In this document: one piece after another, positions 38,408 to 50,863 of the stretch
How positions within the stretch are numbered: position 1 is the first letter of the stretch
Layout: each line of letters opens with the position of its first letter
Source of the DNA: Eledone cirrhosa
Lineage: Eukaryota
NCBI GenBank assembly: GCA_964016885.1
Contig: OZ024742.1
Coordinates: 375,286,001 to 375,350,000 of the forward strand
Length of the DNA stretch: 64,000 nucleotides
Direction of reading: 5' to 3'
Made by a program: the position numbers and the translations under genes
Notes under the pieces: model-generated
What the model was told of the DNA's origin: nothing
Database searches by the model: none
What the model saw: only the letters and a program-made list of their open reading frames with translations

Positions 38408-41400
38408 TCATCATCATCATCATCATCATCACCGTTTTACGTCCGTTCTTCCACGCTAGCATGGGTTAGACGGGTTGTCCTGTTGTGTGCAGTGTCTGGT
38501 CGGCTGACCATGCCTTGCTCATACAGGAACTGATCTGGCTTGATTTCTACAGCTGGATGCCCTTCCTAACACCAACCTCATTTACAGTGAGTGCTGGGTG
38601 CTTTTTCGTGGCGTCTACACGTCCACTTTACAGTGTGGGCTGGGTGCTTTTTTGCCGTGGCACCTCCACGACCACCTTGCGGTGGGGTGTGTGGGGGCAT
38701 ATTGTTTATATGCTTCAGCTTGTACCCATGGGAGGTCGGGAACTCTGTATTACTGCGTGACGCCAGAAGTCACGGTCGTGTGTCATTGTCTTTGAGAGGT
38801 GTAATTGGGTAAGGTCGGCTTTTATCACCTCATCCCAGGTCATCTTGGGTCTCCCCACTCCGCGGTTTCCATCAACTTCTAGTGCTCTGCACCTTTTTAT
38901 GCAGCTGTCATCCTTCATATGCATCACATGTCCATACCAGCGCAACCGCCTCTCCTGCACACAGCATTTGATTCCTCTTATGCTCAGTCTCTCTCTCAAT
39001 TCATTTATGCTTTGTCGTTCACGTATATTACTGTTACACATCCATCGGAGCATGCAGGCTTCGTTTCTCTCTAATCTACGTAAGTCTTCCACCTTCAGTG
39101 CCCAGGTCTCACTACCATGCAACATAGTGTCTGCCTTTCATTCTGAGGGAGAAGCCTTTTGCAGCTAGCAGTGGTAGTAGTTCCCTAAACTTCTTCCATC
39201 CCGTTCTTACCCTAGTTATTGTGCTTTCTGAACACCCACCTCCGCTGCTAATTCGGTCACCTAGGTAGCAGAAGCTGTGTACTGTTTTTACAGGGCCCTC
39301 CCAGAGATTGGTGGTACTTGTTTCCTGTGGCTGTTTGCTTGCTGTTTCAGCACAGCTGCTGCATGTGAATCCTACATTCTTAATTAAGCTTCCTGAGATC
39401 CCGCTACATCTCTTGTGTACCCATTGTTTGCATTTGGGGCAGAGAATGGAGTTCCTACCTACACCTTTCCTACATACTGAGCAAGGCCATTTCCCTGAGG
39501 GGATCTGGGTTCTGTTTTCTCGTCTACTTACAAGGACCTTAGTCTTTGTCATGTTGACTTTGAGACCCTTTCTCTCTAGTCCCTGCTTCCAGGTTTGGAA
39601 TTTATTCTCTAGTTCTATCATAGATTCAGCTATGAGTGCGAGGTCATCAGCATACAGGAGTTCCCATGGGCATCCGGTCTTAAACTCCTCCGTTATTGTC
39701 TGCAGGACTATGATGAACAGGAGAGGGCTAAGAACAGAGCCCTGGTGGACCCCAACCTGTACGCTAAATTCCTCGCTATACTCATTGCTAATCCTAACTT
39801 TGCTGACTGCTCCCCTATACATGGCTTGTACCGATTTCACAAGCCATTCAACTACTCCTAGTTTTCTAAGAGCCCACCAGATTACAGAACGTGGAACTCT
39901 GTCAAAGGCTTTCTCAAGGTCGACAAATGCCAAGTAGAGTGGCTTACTTTTAGCTAGGTACTTTTCCTGTAATTGCCTCACAAGGAAGAGGGCATCAGTG
40001 GTGCCTCTCCCTGGTACAAACCCAAATTGCATCTCGTCTATATTCACCCGGTCCCTAATCAGCTGTGCTATAACTCTTTCTGTTACTTTCATGACCTGGT
40101 CCATCAACTTTATACCTCTATAGTTTCCTCTATCTAGTGCGTCGCCTTTGCCTTTGTAGCAGTTGACAATGATGCTACTGCACCAATCTTTTGGTATGGC
40201 ACCTTCTAGTATTACCTGGTTAACGATACGTGTGGTTATAGTGTGACCTACAGACCCAGATGCCTTCAGCATCTCGGCAGCTATACCCGATGGACCGGTT
40301 GCCTTCCCCATCTCCATATCTCTGATTGCCTTACTTACTACGCTGCCGCTGACTTGTACTGCTGGTCCCTCTATAGGGTCTACTTGGGGTAGGGTCTCTT
40401 CTTCCCATGCATTCTCCTCATTTAGTAATCTATCATAATGACTCTTCCATGCATCTTTCTTCTCAGCACTTGTGAGGGCAAGCTCACCTTTATCATTCCG
40501 GATACACTTCTCTCCAATGACATCACAACTATCTCTGACACACTGCCTCGCAATCTTGAATACCTCCTGTTTCTGGTCCTCACGTTGTAAAACATGCTTG
40601 AATTTTCTATCCTCTGCTTCCCTCCTAGCTAAGTATACTTGTCGCCTAGCTTCCCTCTTGGTCTCTATGTAATGTACCCTGCTCCCCCCGTTCTTCCATT
40701 CTTTCCATGCCTGTCTCTTGGCCTTGACTGCTTCATCTACCTTATTGTTCCACCACCAAGTCACTCTCCTCCTGCTTGAGGTCTTACTCCAGCCACAGAC
40801 CTCGTCCGTCGCCTCTAGTAAATTATTTTTTAGGAACTCCCAGTTCTCTTCTACATTGAATGTCTCTATCTGTTCTTCTTTACTGTCGTAGGCGTTGAGT
40901 AAAATATCTTTAAATCTGTTACTGGTTGAGGGGACTTTCAGCTTCCAGATCTTTCTTCTCCAGGTTGGCCTCTGTTTCAGGGCTCGTCTAGTTCTGACCG
41001 TGAGGTCGCTGACAACTAAGCTATGTTGGGATGTACATTCCTCACTAGGGAAGGCTTTTGTGTTTACAACCGTCCATCTGTCATGTCCTCTGATGAGGAT
41101 AAAATCTAACTGACTAGAGTGCTCCCCTGATCTATAGGTGATCAGGTGGTTGTCGGGTTTTTTAAAGTTTGTGTTATATATCGACATGTCATTGGCGTCG
41201 CAGAATTCTAGAAGTCTGAATCCTTCCTCATTCCTTGTGCCAACTCCATGGCCTCCATGTACTCTATTGAAGCTGTCGCAGTGTTTACCTACGTGTCCGT
41301 TAAAATCTCCTGCGATGATTAGGAAGTCCTTGTCGTCTGTTAGAGCAGTAGTGTGTATTAGGGACTCGTAAAACCTATCCTTAAGTTCGTCTGGCAGCCC

Positions 41401-42240
41401 CGATTGGGGTGCGTAAGCTGATATTATTGTGGTAATTGTCTTATTCAGGACTAGTCTGAGTTTAATGATTCTTGCATTTACCCTGTACACTGAGATTACT
41501 TTATCTACCCACTTGTCAGCTAATAGTATACCTACACCACCCATCCCATCGTCATTTCCCACCCAGAAAAATTTGTAGCACTGACTTTTTCCTACAAGGA
41601 CTCTAGCAGACTCTCCTCTCCATCTAGTCTCTTGCACACAGCATACATTAACTTCCTTTCGCTCTAGCATTTCTACGATTTCTCCTGCTCTTCCTTTCAT
41701 TGAGCCTACATTGATGGTACCAACTCGGAGTTTTGGGCATTTGTCGACACTCGTAGGGGAGGGTCTCTGGGTTGGCGCTTCACGTGGGTGCTTGGTAGCT
41801 CGCAGATTCATATTTCATCTATTGATTCAGAGTTGCTCAAATGTATTCTCAGCTCATCCATCCATAATGGTGGGAAAATTGAGGGCTAGAAGAATAGTGG
41901 TGGTGGGGTAATGGCAGGGTGTGTTGGGCTGCGCCAGAGGAGGAGAGAGTTAGTTAGTTAGGTAGTAGCAGCAGCAGCAGCAGCGGAAATGGCATGCTGA
42001 AGTTTGATTGGTCGAATAGGCTATGGTGGTGTGTGGGGGTGGGTGGGAGGGAAATTGTGAGGTGGGCACTGAGGGCCGCATGGTAAATAACCGAGAGAGA
42101 TACGATAGAATTAGAATACCGCATGGTAAATATCCGAAGTTAAAACAGCAGTAATATTAGCAATAGTAACGTCATAGGAACTAAGATACCTTCGAAAATT
42201 TATCAATAATACAGCAGAAAAACAGTAGTAATATTAACAA
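38408..42240 (-). mobile_element. Apparently full-length RTE-clade LINE with a (GAT)n tail
   Basis: Single APE+RT ORF, short 5' UTR, 3' UTR ending ggacgtaaaacggt(gat)n. The 5' boundary is approximate. Confidence 0.92.
39112..41811 (-). CDS. RTE APE endonuclease-reverse transcriptase (899 aa) with a PHD-like finger; the C-terminus continues out of frame at 38715-39125
   Basis: GTINV, VQETRW, AYAPQ, GDFNGH, LDFIL; QFGF, FVDLEKAFD, GVHQGSVLSP, YADD, YLG. Confidence 0.92.
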   Translation of the reverse strand: MNLRATKHPREAPTQRPSPTSVDKCPKLRVGTINVGSMKGRAGEIVEMLERKEVNVCCVQETRWRGESARVLVGKSQCYKFFWVGNDDGMGGVGILLADKWVDKVISVYRVNARIIKLRLVLNKTITTIISAYAPQSGLPDELKDRFYESLIHTTALTDDKDFLIIAGDFNGHVGKHCDSFNRVHGGHGVGTRNEEGFRLLEFCDANDMSIYNTNFKKPDNHLITYRSGEHSSQLDFILIRGHDRWTVVNTKAFPSEECTSQHSLVVSDLTVRTRRALKQRPTWRRKIWKLKVPSTSNRFKDILLNAYDSKEEQIETFNVEENWEFLKNNLLEATDEVCGWSKTSSRRRVTWWWNNKVDEAVKAKRQAWKEWKNGGSRVHYIETKREARRQVYLARREAEDRKFKHVLQREDQKQEVFKIARQCVRDSCDVIGEKCIRNDKGELALTSAEKKDAWKSHYDRLLNEENAWEEETLPQVDPIEGPAVQVSGSVVSKAIRDMEMGKATGPSGIAAEMLKASGSVGHTITTRIVNQVILEGAIPKDWCSSIIVNCYKGKGDALDRGNYRGIKLMDQVMKVTERVIAQLIRDRVNIDEMQFGFVPGRGTTDALFLVRQLQEKYLAKSKPLYLAFVDLEKAFDRVPRSVIWWALRKLGVVEWLVKSVQAMYRGAVSKVRISNEYSEEFSVQVGVHQGSVLSPLLFIIVLQTITEEFKTGCPWELLYADDLALIAESMIELENKFQTWKQGLERKGLKVNMTKTKVLVSRRENRTQIPSGKWPCSVCRKGVGRNSILCPKCKQWVHKRCSGISGSLIKNVGFTCSSCAETASKQPQETSTTNLWEGPVKTVHSFCYLGDRISSGGGCSESTITRVRTGWKKFRELLPLLAAKGFSLRMKGRHYVAW

Positions 42241-42364
42241 TAAATATATATATATTTATATCACATTCTTTCTAACTTGACCACTGCCACGTCACGATTC
42301 TTAGCCATTTTTTAAATCTATTTCTGGCGGGATCGCTTTGGAAAATTAATTGTCCTATTGAGTT

Positions 42365-42443
42365 TGTCTCCTGATGAGTTCGATACTCGAGATTTATCCT
42401 TAATAGGATATCTCAAAATACGAACGAAACCATGGTAGAGATA
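42365..42443 (+). ncRNA. Type I hammerhead ribozyme with a 48-nt stem II
   Basis: tgtctc-CTGATGA-gttcg...cgaac-GAAA-ccatgg(palindrome)-TA-gagata; GUA cleavage triplet. Confidence 0.85.
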
Positions 42444-42749
42444 TAATTACGGTATGTGAACATTTCTTCTAACTTTAAATTTATACCTAATTGTGTATGG
42501 TTGACGATATATTTGGTCAGTTTCTACATGCTGTTGAAATGTTGGGTCAATACTCTATTGTGGTCTACCTCGAAGAGGCTGCTTTCGGTTATTTATCAAA
42601 TATTTCTTCATAGGAGCCTTTATTCTTATAGCCTGGTCTAATTGATTTTTTATATGGTTAATTATGCTAATTGGGAGAGGAAATTGTATATATTTTATCT
42701 AATAATTCTAAGGACATTGTTTATTATATATATATATATATATATATAG

Positions 42750-44100
42750 AAAGGATGAATATAAAATGAAAGTGCTTTTGTTAAAAAAGGAATTTATTAG
42801 GTATTGACATATGTTTCTGTAACAGACCGAATACCTATGTATCGCTGCTTGCGTAATCATATAATGTTAGCAAGTATTCGATAGCAAATGTATAATCAGT
42901 TGTCACTTCTTCAGAGATTTTGGATAAATTGGATAAAATCAGAAAAATTGAAGTATTTATATTAGTAAAAGAGGAAGGAACAGAGGGGATAGTATATGAC
43001 AGATGGTAAATTAATTTACTGCTAAACAAGTATATAATGGGTTTCTAATGAGAATACCATGAGTAAATCTAAATAAGAATTTTGGGAGTGCCAATTTTAA
43101 TCTCTACTTGACCAACTGGACAGTGGACAGGGCTGGTCATTTGGTGCACAGTGGATTGGCAGTATCAGTAGAGGGTCGGACGCCATGCTTTCCAGCATAG
43201 TTACGTCCCTTTACAATCTGAGTTCAAATCCCGCCGAGGTTGACTTTGCCTTTCATCCTTACGGGGTCGATAAAATAAAGTACCAGTAATGTACTGGGTA
43301 ATTGCTGGCCTTGTGCCTAAAGTAGAAACAATTAATTATAAAGTGTCAATTGGGGAAGGGGGAGATTTCGATTGCTACTAAATAACATCAATGCTAGTAG
43401 CCAGCTGGTATATGCATTAGGGAATTGAATCAAGAAATCAGAAATCTCATTTTATCTATAGCAGTTTGTATTAAAAGGTAAATAATAGAAGAGTTGATAG
43501 AATTAAGACTAATAAAGAATGTTAATATCTATTTTGACAATCAAACGGGGATAGAGACAGGCGTTCAATCCTGGTAGTATTTATAATATGAAAATGTAGA
43601 TTTTAAGTGATGGTTACAGTATAACGATCGCTCTATTCTGTTATTTAATAAAATGTTTTTGGATTTCATAATACAAAATAATTCTACATTACATAATTTA
43701 CAAAATTCCTGTCCATGGGTATATGGGGGGGGGGGGGGGGGGGGGGCAGCCGCTATTATATCCCATTTTAGGTGAAATTGTTGGTTATTTTCACGCAGCT
43801 GCCAAGCCTTGTCTGCGAGTGTTGTTACATAACGCTGGTTTTCATGTTTTATCGAGTAACGATGTCTATAAAGGCGTGATTTGAAGGAGGTGGCTGTAGA
43901 TCCCACATAGTACCACTTCTGTCTATCCGATTCGATAGTACATTTGTATACGATGTTGCGTTCAAGACACTGATTGTTCAACGGACACATTCCTGGTTGG
44001 ACACAGTTGCAATTATAATTTTGCGTTGGATAGGTTGATGAGGTTGCTTATGTAGGACAGGATGTTGTTTGTTGTTTTGTGATGTTATAGCTAATGTTTA
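42750..44100 (-). mobile_element. 3' remnant of a PLE (GIY-YIG ORF 43565-43990) interrupted by a MetaSINE-like copy (43150-43335)
   Basis: CPLNNQCL..NIVYKC..YYVGST; paralogous to 37300-37708. Degenerate hammerhead at 42802-42918. Confidence 0.85.
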
Positions 44101-44309
44101 TAGCTAATGTTATAGCTAATTGCACGCAAAGACAAAACCACGTAAATGGTATAGCAGAAGTCGTAGACTAAAATTCTAACTAGGAGACCGAATGAATCTC
44201 CGCTACAGAGTTAAGAACAAAGTAAATAAATACAAATATATATATATATACATATATAAATATGTATATACATGTATACATATGTATGTGTATGTATATG
44301 CGTGTGTAT

Positions 44310-44990
44310 ATGCCTGGGGTATCAGGGAGAGGCATGTGCCTCTGTAGGGAGGGCTAGCCATGCCCTTTTCAGGACAGCTCGTTCTGCATTGGGTCCCACC
44401 TGACACTCAGCTGTCACCTGTAGCCCAAAGAAGCTGTATCATGTGACAGCGGCCACACCCCGGTAAACTGTCTTGGCTGGCAGGCCGAACCAGGTTGAGG
44501 GTAGCCGGACGGGTCTGAACCCCCCTGGTGAGTTAGATAGGGGGTGCCTGCCCCTGCCCTGCATGCGAAGACTGGACCCGACGGAGTGAGTGAAGGAGGA
44601 CAACATCGTCCCAACGATCACAAAGGTGGCGACAGCAAGCGGTGTGGAGCGCTAGGGCAGGGCAAGGCACTACAGACGTTGTGGCCATCCACTGAAGCCA
44701 AGGAAGTTCCTGGTCGTGACGGTCCTCCGTACCACCGAATTCTGGCTTCTGCGGCCGAGTGAGTGGGACCGTGACTGTGCACTGGCCCTCCCCCCACTAT
44801 AAACCTTTCCCGCACAGGTTTCTTCTTTAGCGTGCACTCCCAAAGCCCTGCGGTGATGGGCGAGAGGCGGAGGTAACAGGTGTCCCCGGACCTGCAAGTC
44901 AAGGATAGGCCTCCACAGCCACCTTCGCACCCACGGCTGACGGGAACAACAATAAAGAAGATGTCATCATCGTTTACGATGGACAACCAA
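44310..44990 (+). mobile_element. GC-rich repeat fragment, possibly a LINE 5' region
   Basis: Sharp GC-rich island between microsatellites; no recognisable protein. Confidence 0.3.
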
Positions 44991-44994
44991 GAGA

Positions 44995-45378
44995 TATTCA
45001 TCATCATCATCATCATCATCATCGTTTAACGTCCGTGTTCCACGCTTGCATGGGTTTGGACGGGGGTATTCCCACTTGAGGCAAGAGTGATTGTCTTGCT
45101 CGCATAGGACTGTCTGGCAGGTTTTCTACAGTTGGATGCCCTTCCTAACACCAACCACATTTACAGTGTGGGTCTGGGAGGTTTTTACCGTGTTGCCTAC
45201 ACGGTCACATTACAGCGTGGACTGTGTTTTTTTGTCGTGACACCTACACGATCTCATTTGTTTCGGCCTGGATGGCGTGGCACCAACATAACTTTACATA
45301 GAAGGGGTGGTGCGGATGGGGTGGGGGTGGTGGGACGGGGTGTATTTTGTTAGAGATGCCTACTGACTGTACACATAT

Positions 45379-45429
<51 letters not shown>

Positions 45430-45442
45430 CATATATATATTT

Positions 45443-45478
<36 letters not shown>

Positions 45479-45600
45479 CATCATCATCATCATCATCATC
45501 ATTTTACGTCCACTTTTCCCTGCTTGCAAGGGTGGGACGGGGACTGATTCTGGCTTGATTTCTACAGCTGGATGCCCTTCCTAACACCAACCTCATTTAT
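44995..45600 (-). mobile_element. Two RTE-tailed SINE or LINE 3' ends
   Basis: (cat)n-gtttaacgtccg...; tttctacagctggatgcccttcctaacacc. Confidence 0.75.
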
Positions 45601-46840
45601 TTATATTTATATTTATATATATTTATATATTTATATATATATTTATTAAAATAACAGATTAAAGTTTAAGCAAAGAATCGCTGCTTTCACTTGCTTAAAC
45701 TTTAATCTGTTATTTTAATAAATATTTGCTCTACGGTTCTTATATATTTGATATATATTTTCCTTATCGAGCCCTCTTTGGATTTTAGTCTTCAATTTTA
45801 TTATTATTACTATATTTATATATATATATATTTATAGATATTTATACACACAAACACACATACAGAGAAAGCAGAAATTTTGGTTCATGGGAAGAAGGTG
45901 GATGTAATGTGAATAAAATAAGTCTCAGAGAAGTACTCCTGTGATTATTTCATTTACAATATAATACTAATACAACTTTGGTCAGAATATGCTTTACATT
46001 TATTAAAAATATATATTTTAAAGTTTAACAAAAGAATCTTTTAACTTTAATATTGCTATTCAAATATTGCCATTTCGAAGTAACTTGGTTCCACATCAAT
46101 AGAACTTCAGGGAATGTAATATTACTTTTAATAAGTCATTCAACATTCCCCTCGGCAGTAGCTGCAGCTATATGTAGTTTGTTCAGTGGTTAAAGATGAA
46201 CTCATTATCATACATGAAAATCTAATTAGCCTTTCTTGAAACAGCTCCAGTTAAAGTGGTTTCTGATTGGTTGTTATCATACTGGAAGCTACCTTGAAAG
46301 ATTTTGATTCGTTCAATCACATGCCCACGAGAGGCTTCAAATTGTTCCCTCACTTGGAATTCCCTGATTTCAAGTGACTTGATCGTTTGTCAATTGTAAT
46401 GAAAACTTGCCCCCAAATGAATTGCTCAACCAAATCGGATTTCCATTTATAAGTTTGATAATCTTAAATCTATGAAAATCGAGACCCAAATTACAATAAT
46501 TTTTCTGGCTTTATGCATAAAGTTTCAGTAATGTAACAACCATACATGATACATTGTTTGTCAAAAGTGTTTCGATATCCTAACTTTTATTATAATATCA
46601 AATTTTCAGACAGTTTTATCATTTACATTATTATTTTGGTTTTCAAGCAAATATAAAAGTACTGAAAGATTATTAAATGACATTATGTTTCTTTTATATC
46701 TAGTTAAAAATATATTAGGGTAAGGTTTTAGGCAAGGACTATTAAGATGATTTGAGAGCATCATGTTGAATTTTAATAATCTCGTAACTGCCAAATAAAT
46801 GTTTCATCAGTACCCCTGGCATTATAGGACAAGAGATAAG

Positions 46841-49800
46841 CTCTAGCTAATCTCTAGCAGTAACCTGCTAGTGTCCTCTAGCTAATCTCTAGCAGTAACC
46901 TGCTAGTGTCCTCTAGCTAATCTCTAGCAGTAACCTGCTAGTGTCCTCTAGCTAATCTCTAGCAGTAACCTGCTAGTGTCCTCTAGCTAATCTCTAGCAG
47001 TAGCCTGCTAGTGTCCTCTAGCTAATCTCTAGCAGTAACCTGCTAGTGTCCTCTAGCTAATCTCTAGCAGTAGCCTGCTAGTGTCCTCTAGCTAATCTCT
47101 AGCAGTAGCCTGCTAGTGTCCTCTAGCTAATCTCTAGCAGTAGCCTGCTAGTGTCCTCTAGCTAATCTCTAGCAGTAACCTGCTAGTGTCCTCTAGCTAA
47201 TCTCTAGCAGTAACCTGCTAGTGTCCTCTAGCTAATCTCTAGCAGTAACCTGCTAGTGTCCTCTAGCTAATCTCTAGCAGTAACCTGCTAGTGTCCTCTA
47301 GCTAATCTCTAGCAGTAACCTGCTAGTGTCCTCTAGCTAATCTCTAGCAGTAACCTGCTAGTGTCCTCTAGCTAATCTCTAGCAGTAACCTGCTAGTGTC
47401 CTCTAGCTAATCTCTAGCAGTAACCTGCTAGTGTCCTCTAGCTAATCTCTAGCAGTAACCTGCTAGTGTCCTCTAGCTAATCTCTAGCAGTAACCTGCTA
47501 GTGTTCTCTAGCTAATCTCTAGCAGTAACCTGCTAGTGTCCTCTAGCTAATCTCTAGCAGTAACCTGCTAGTGTCCTCTAGCTAATCTCTAGCAGTAACC
47601 TGCTAGTGTCCTCTAGCTAATCTCTAGCAGTAACCTGCTAGTGTCCTCTAGCTAATCTCTAGCAGTAACCTGCTAGTGTCCTCTAGCTAATCTCTAACAG
47701 TAACCTGCTAGTGTCCTCTAGCTAATCTCTAGCAGTAACCTGCTAGTGTCCTCTAGCTAATCTCTAGCAGTAACCTGCTAGTGTCCTCTAGCTAATCTCT
47801 AGCAGTAACCTGCTAGTGTCCTCTAGCTAATCTCTAGCAGTAACCTGCTAGTGTCCTCTAGCTAATCTCTAGCAGTAACCTGCTAGTGTCCTCTAGCTAA
47901 TCTCTAGCAGTAACCTGCTAGTGTCCTCTAGCTAATCTCTAGCAGTAACCTGCTAGTGTCCTCTAGCTAATCTCTAGCAGTAACCTGCTAGTGTCCTCTA
48001 GCTAATCTCTAGCAGTAACCTGCTAGTGTCCTCTAGCTAATCTCTAGCAGTAACCTGCTAGTGTCCTCTAGCTAATCTCTAGCAGTAACCTGCTAGTGTC
48101 CTCTAGCTAATCTCTAGCAGTAACCTGCTAGTGTCCTCTAGCTAATCTCTAGCAGTAGCCTGCTAGTGTCCTCTAGCTAATCTCTAGCAGTAGCCTGCTA
48201 GTGTCCTCTAGCTAATCTCTAGCAGTAGCCTGCTAGTGTCCTCTAGCTAATCTCTAGCAGTAGCCTGCTAGTGTCCTCTAGCTAATCTCTAGCAGTAGCC
48301 TGCTAGTGTCCTCTAGCTAATCTCTAGCAGTAGCCTGCTAGTGTCCTCTAGCTAATCTCTAGCAGTAGCCTGCTAGTGTCCTCTAGCTAATCTCTAGCAG
48401 TAGCCTGCTAGTGTCCTCTAGCTAATCTCTAGCAGTAACCTGCTAGTGTCCTGTAGCTAATCTCTAGCAGTAACCTGCTAGTGTCCTCTAGCTAATCTCT
48501 AGCAGTAACCTGCTAGTGTCCTCTAGCTAATCTCTAGCAGTAACCTGCTAGTGTCCTCTAGTTAATCTCTAGCAGTAACCTGCTAGTGTCCTCTAGCTAA
48601 TCTCTAGCAGTAACCTGCTAGTGTCCTCTAGCTAATCTCTAGCAGTAACCTGCTAGTGTCCTCTAGCTAATTTCTAGCAGTAACCTTCTAGTGTCCTCTA
48701 GCTAATCTCTAGCAGTAACCTGCTAGTGTCCTCTAGCTAATCTCTAGCAGTAACCTGCTAGTGTCCTCTAGCTAATCTCTAGCAGTAACCTGCTAGTGTC
48801 CTCTAGCTAATCTCTAGCAGTAACCTGCTAGTGTCCTCTAGCTAATCTCTAGCAGTAACCTGCTAGTGTCCTCTAGCTAATCTCTAGCAGTAACCTGCTA
48901 GTGTCCTCTAGCTAATCTCTAGCAGTAACCTGCTAGTGTCCTCTAGCTAATCTCTAGCAGTAACCTGCTAGTGTCCTCTAGCTAATCTCTAGCAGTAACC
49001 TGCTAGTGTCCTCTAGCTAATCTCTAGCAGTAACCTGCTAGTGTCCTCTAGCTAATCTCTAGCAGTAACCTGCTAGTGTCCTCTAGCTAATCTCTAGCAG
49101 TAACCTGCTAGTGTCCTCTAGCTAATCTCTAGCAGTAACCTGCTAGTGTCCTCTAGCTAATCTCTAGCAGTAACCTGCTAGTGTCCTCTAGCTAATCTCT
49201 AGCAGTAACCTGCTAGTGTCCTCTAGCTAATCTCTAGCAGTAACCTGCTAGTGTCCTCTAGCTAATCTCTAGCAGTAACCTGCTAGTGTCCTCTAGCTAA
49301 TCTCTAGCAGTAACCTGCTAGTGTCCTCTAGCTAATCTCTAGCAGTAACCTGCTAGTGTCCTCTAGCTAATCTCTAGCAGTAACCTGCTAGTGTCCTCTA
49401 GCTAATCTCTAGCAGTAACCTGCTAGTGTCCTCTAGCTAATCTCTAGCAGTAACCTGCTAGTGTCCTCTAGCTAATCTCTAGCAGTAACCTGCTAGTGTC
49501 CTCTAGCTAATCTCTAGCAGTAACCTGCTAGTGTCCTCTAGCTAATCTCTAGCAGTAACCTGCTAGTGTCCTCTAGCTAATCTCTAGCAGTAACCTGCTA
49601 GTGTCCTCTAGCTAATCTCTAGCAGTAACCTGCTAGTGTCCGCTAGCTAATCTCTAGCAGTAACCTGCTAGTGTCCTCTAGCTAATCTCTAGCAGTAACC
49701 TGCTAGTGTCCTCTAGCTAATCTCTAGCAGTAACCTGCTAGTGTCCTCTAGCTAATCTCTAGCAGTAACCTGCTAGTGTCCTCTAGCTAATCTCTAGCAG

Positions 49801-50740
49801 TAACCTGCTAGTGTCCTCTAGCTAATCTCTAGCTGTAACCTGCTCGTGTCCTCTAGCTAATCTCTAGCAGTAACCTGCTAGTGTCCTCTAGCTAATCTCT
49901 AGCAGTAACCTGCTCGTGTCCTCTAGCTAATCTCTAGCAGTAACCTGCTAGTGTCCTCTAGCTAATCTCTAGCAGTAACCTGCTCGTGTCCTCTAGCTAA
50001 TCTCTAGCAGTAACCTGCTAGTGTCCTCTAGCTAATCTCTAGCAGTAACCTGCTCGTGTCCTCTAGCTAATCTCTAGCAGTAACCTGCTCGTGTCCTCTA
50101 GCTAATCTCTAGCAGTAACCTGCTAGTGTCCTCTAGCTAATCTCTAGCAGTAACCTGCTAGTGTCCTCTAGCTAATCTCTAGCAGTAACCTGCTCGTGTC
50201 CTCTAGCTAATCTCTAGCAGTAACCTGCTAGTGTCCTCTAGCTAATCTCTAGCAGTAACCTGCTAGTGTCCTCTAGCTAATCTCTAGCAGTAACCTGCTC
50301 GTGTCCTCTAGCTAATCTCTAGCAGAAACCTGCTAGTGTCCTCTAGCTAATCTCTAGCAGTAACCTGCTAGTGTCCTCTAGCTAATCTCTAGCAGTAACC
50401 TGCTAGTGTCCTCTAGCTAATCTCTAGCAGTAACCTGCTAGTGTCCTCTAGCTAATCTCTAGCAGTAACCTGCTCGTGTCCTCTAGCTAATCTCTAGCAG
50501 TAACCTGCTAGTGTCCTCTAGCTAATCTCTAGCAGTAACCTGCTCGTGTCCTCTAGCTAATCTCTAGCAGTAACCTGCTAGTGTCCTCTAGCTAATCTCT
50601 AGCAGTAACCTGCTAGTGTCCTCTAGCTAATCTCTAGCAGTAACCTGCTAGTGTCCTCTAGCTAATCTCTAGCAGTAACCTGCTAGTGTCCTCTAGCTAA
50701 TCTCTAGCAGTAACCTGCTAGTGTCCTCTAGCTAATCTCT
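46841..50740. repeat. 35-bp minisatellite, about 111 copies: ctctagctaatctctagcagtaacctgctagtgtc
   Basis: 3900 bp divided by 35; very homogeneous. Confidence 0.98.
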
Positions 50741-50863
50741 TGAGAACATTGTTTGGTGCTGACTGTTTACCCAAGCATTTTCTATTTCAGTTTAACGTCC
50801 CAGTTTTCAGAAAGGGAAATAAGTTTCTTGCAGTAAACAGTATTAATTTTATTTATCTCTGAT

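Noticed and set aside
38845-41371. Plus-strand ORFs over the RTE (and minus-strand ORFs over 52009-53836)
   Set aside because: Antisense shadows of the RT ORF.
43150-43240. tRNA gene
   Set aside because: The B-box belongs to a SINE head running directly into the SINE core; no cloverleaf or poly-T terminator.
46841-50740. CRISPR-like array of 35-bp palindromic repeats
   Set aside because: Units are head-to-tail with no unique spacers, there are no cas genes, and the context is eukaryotic.
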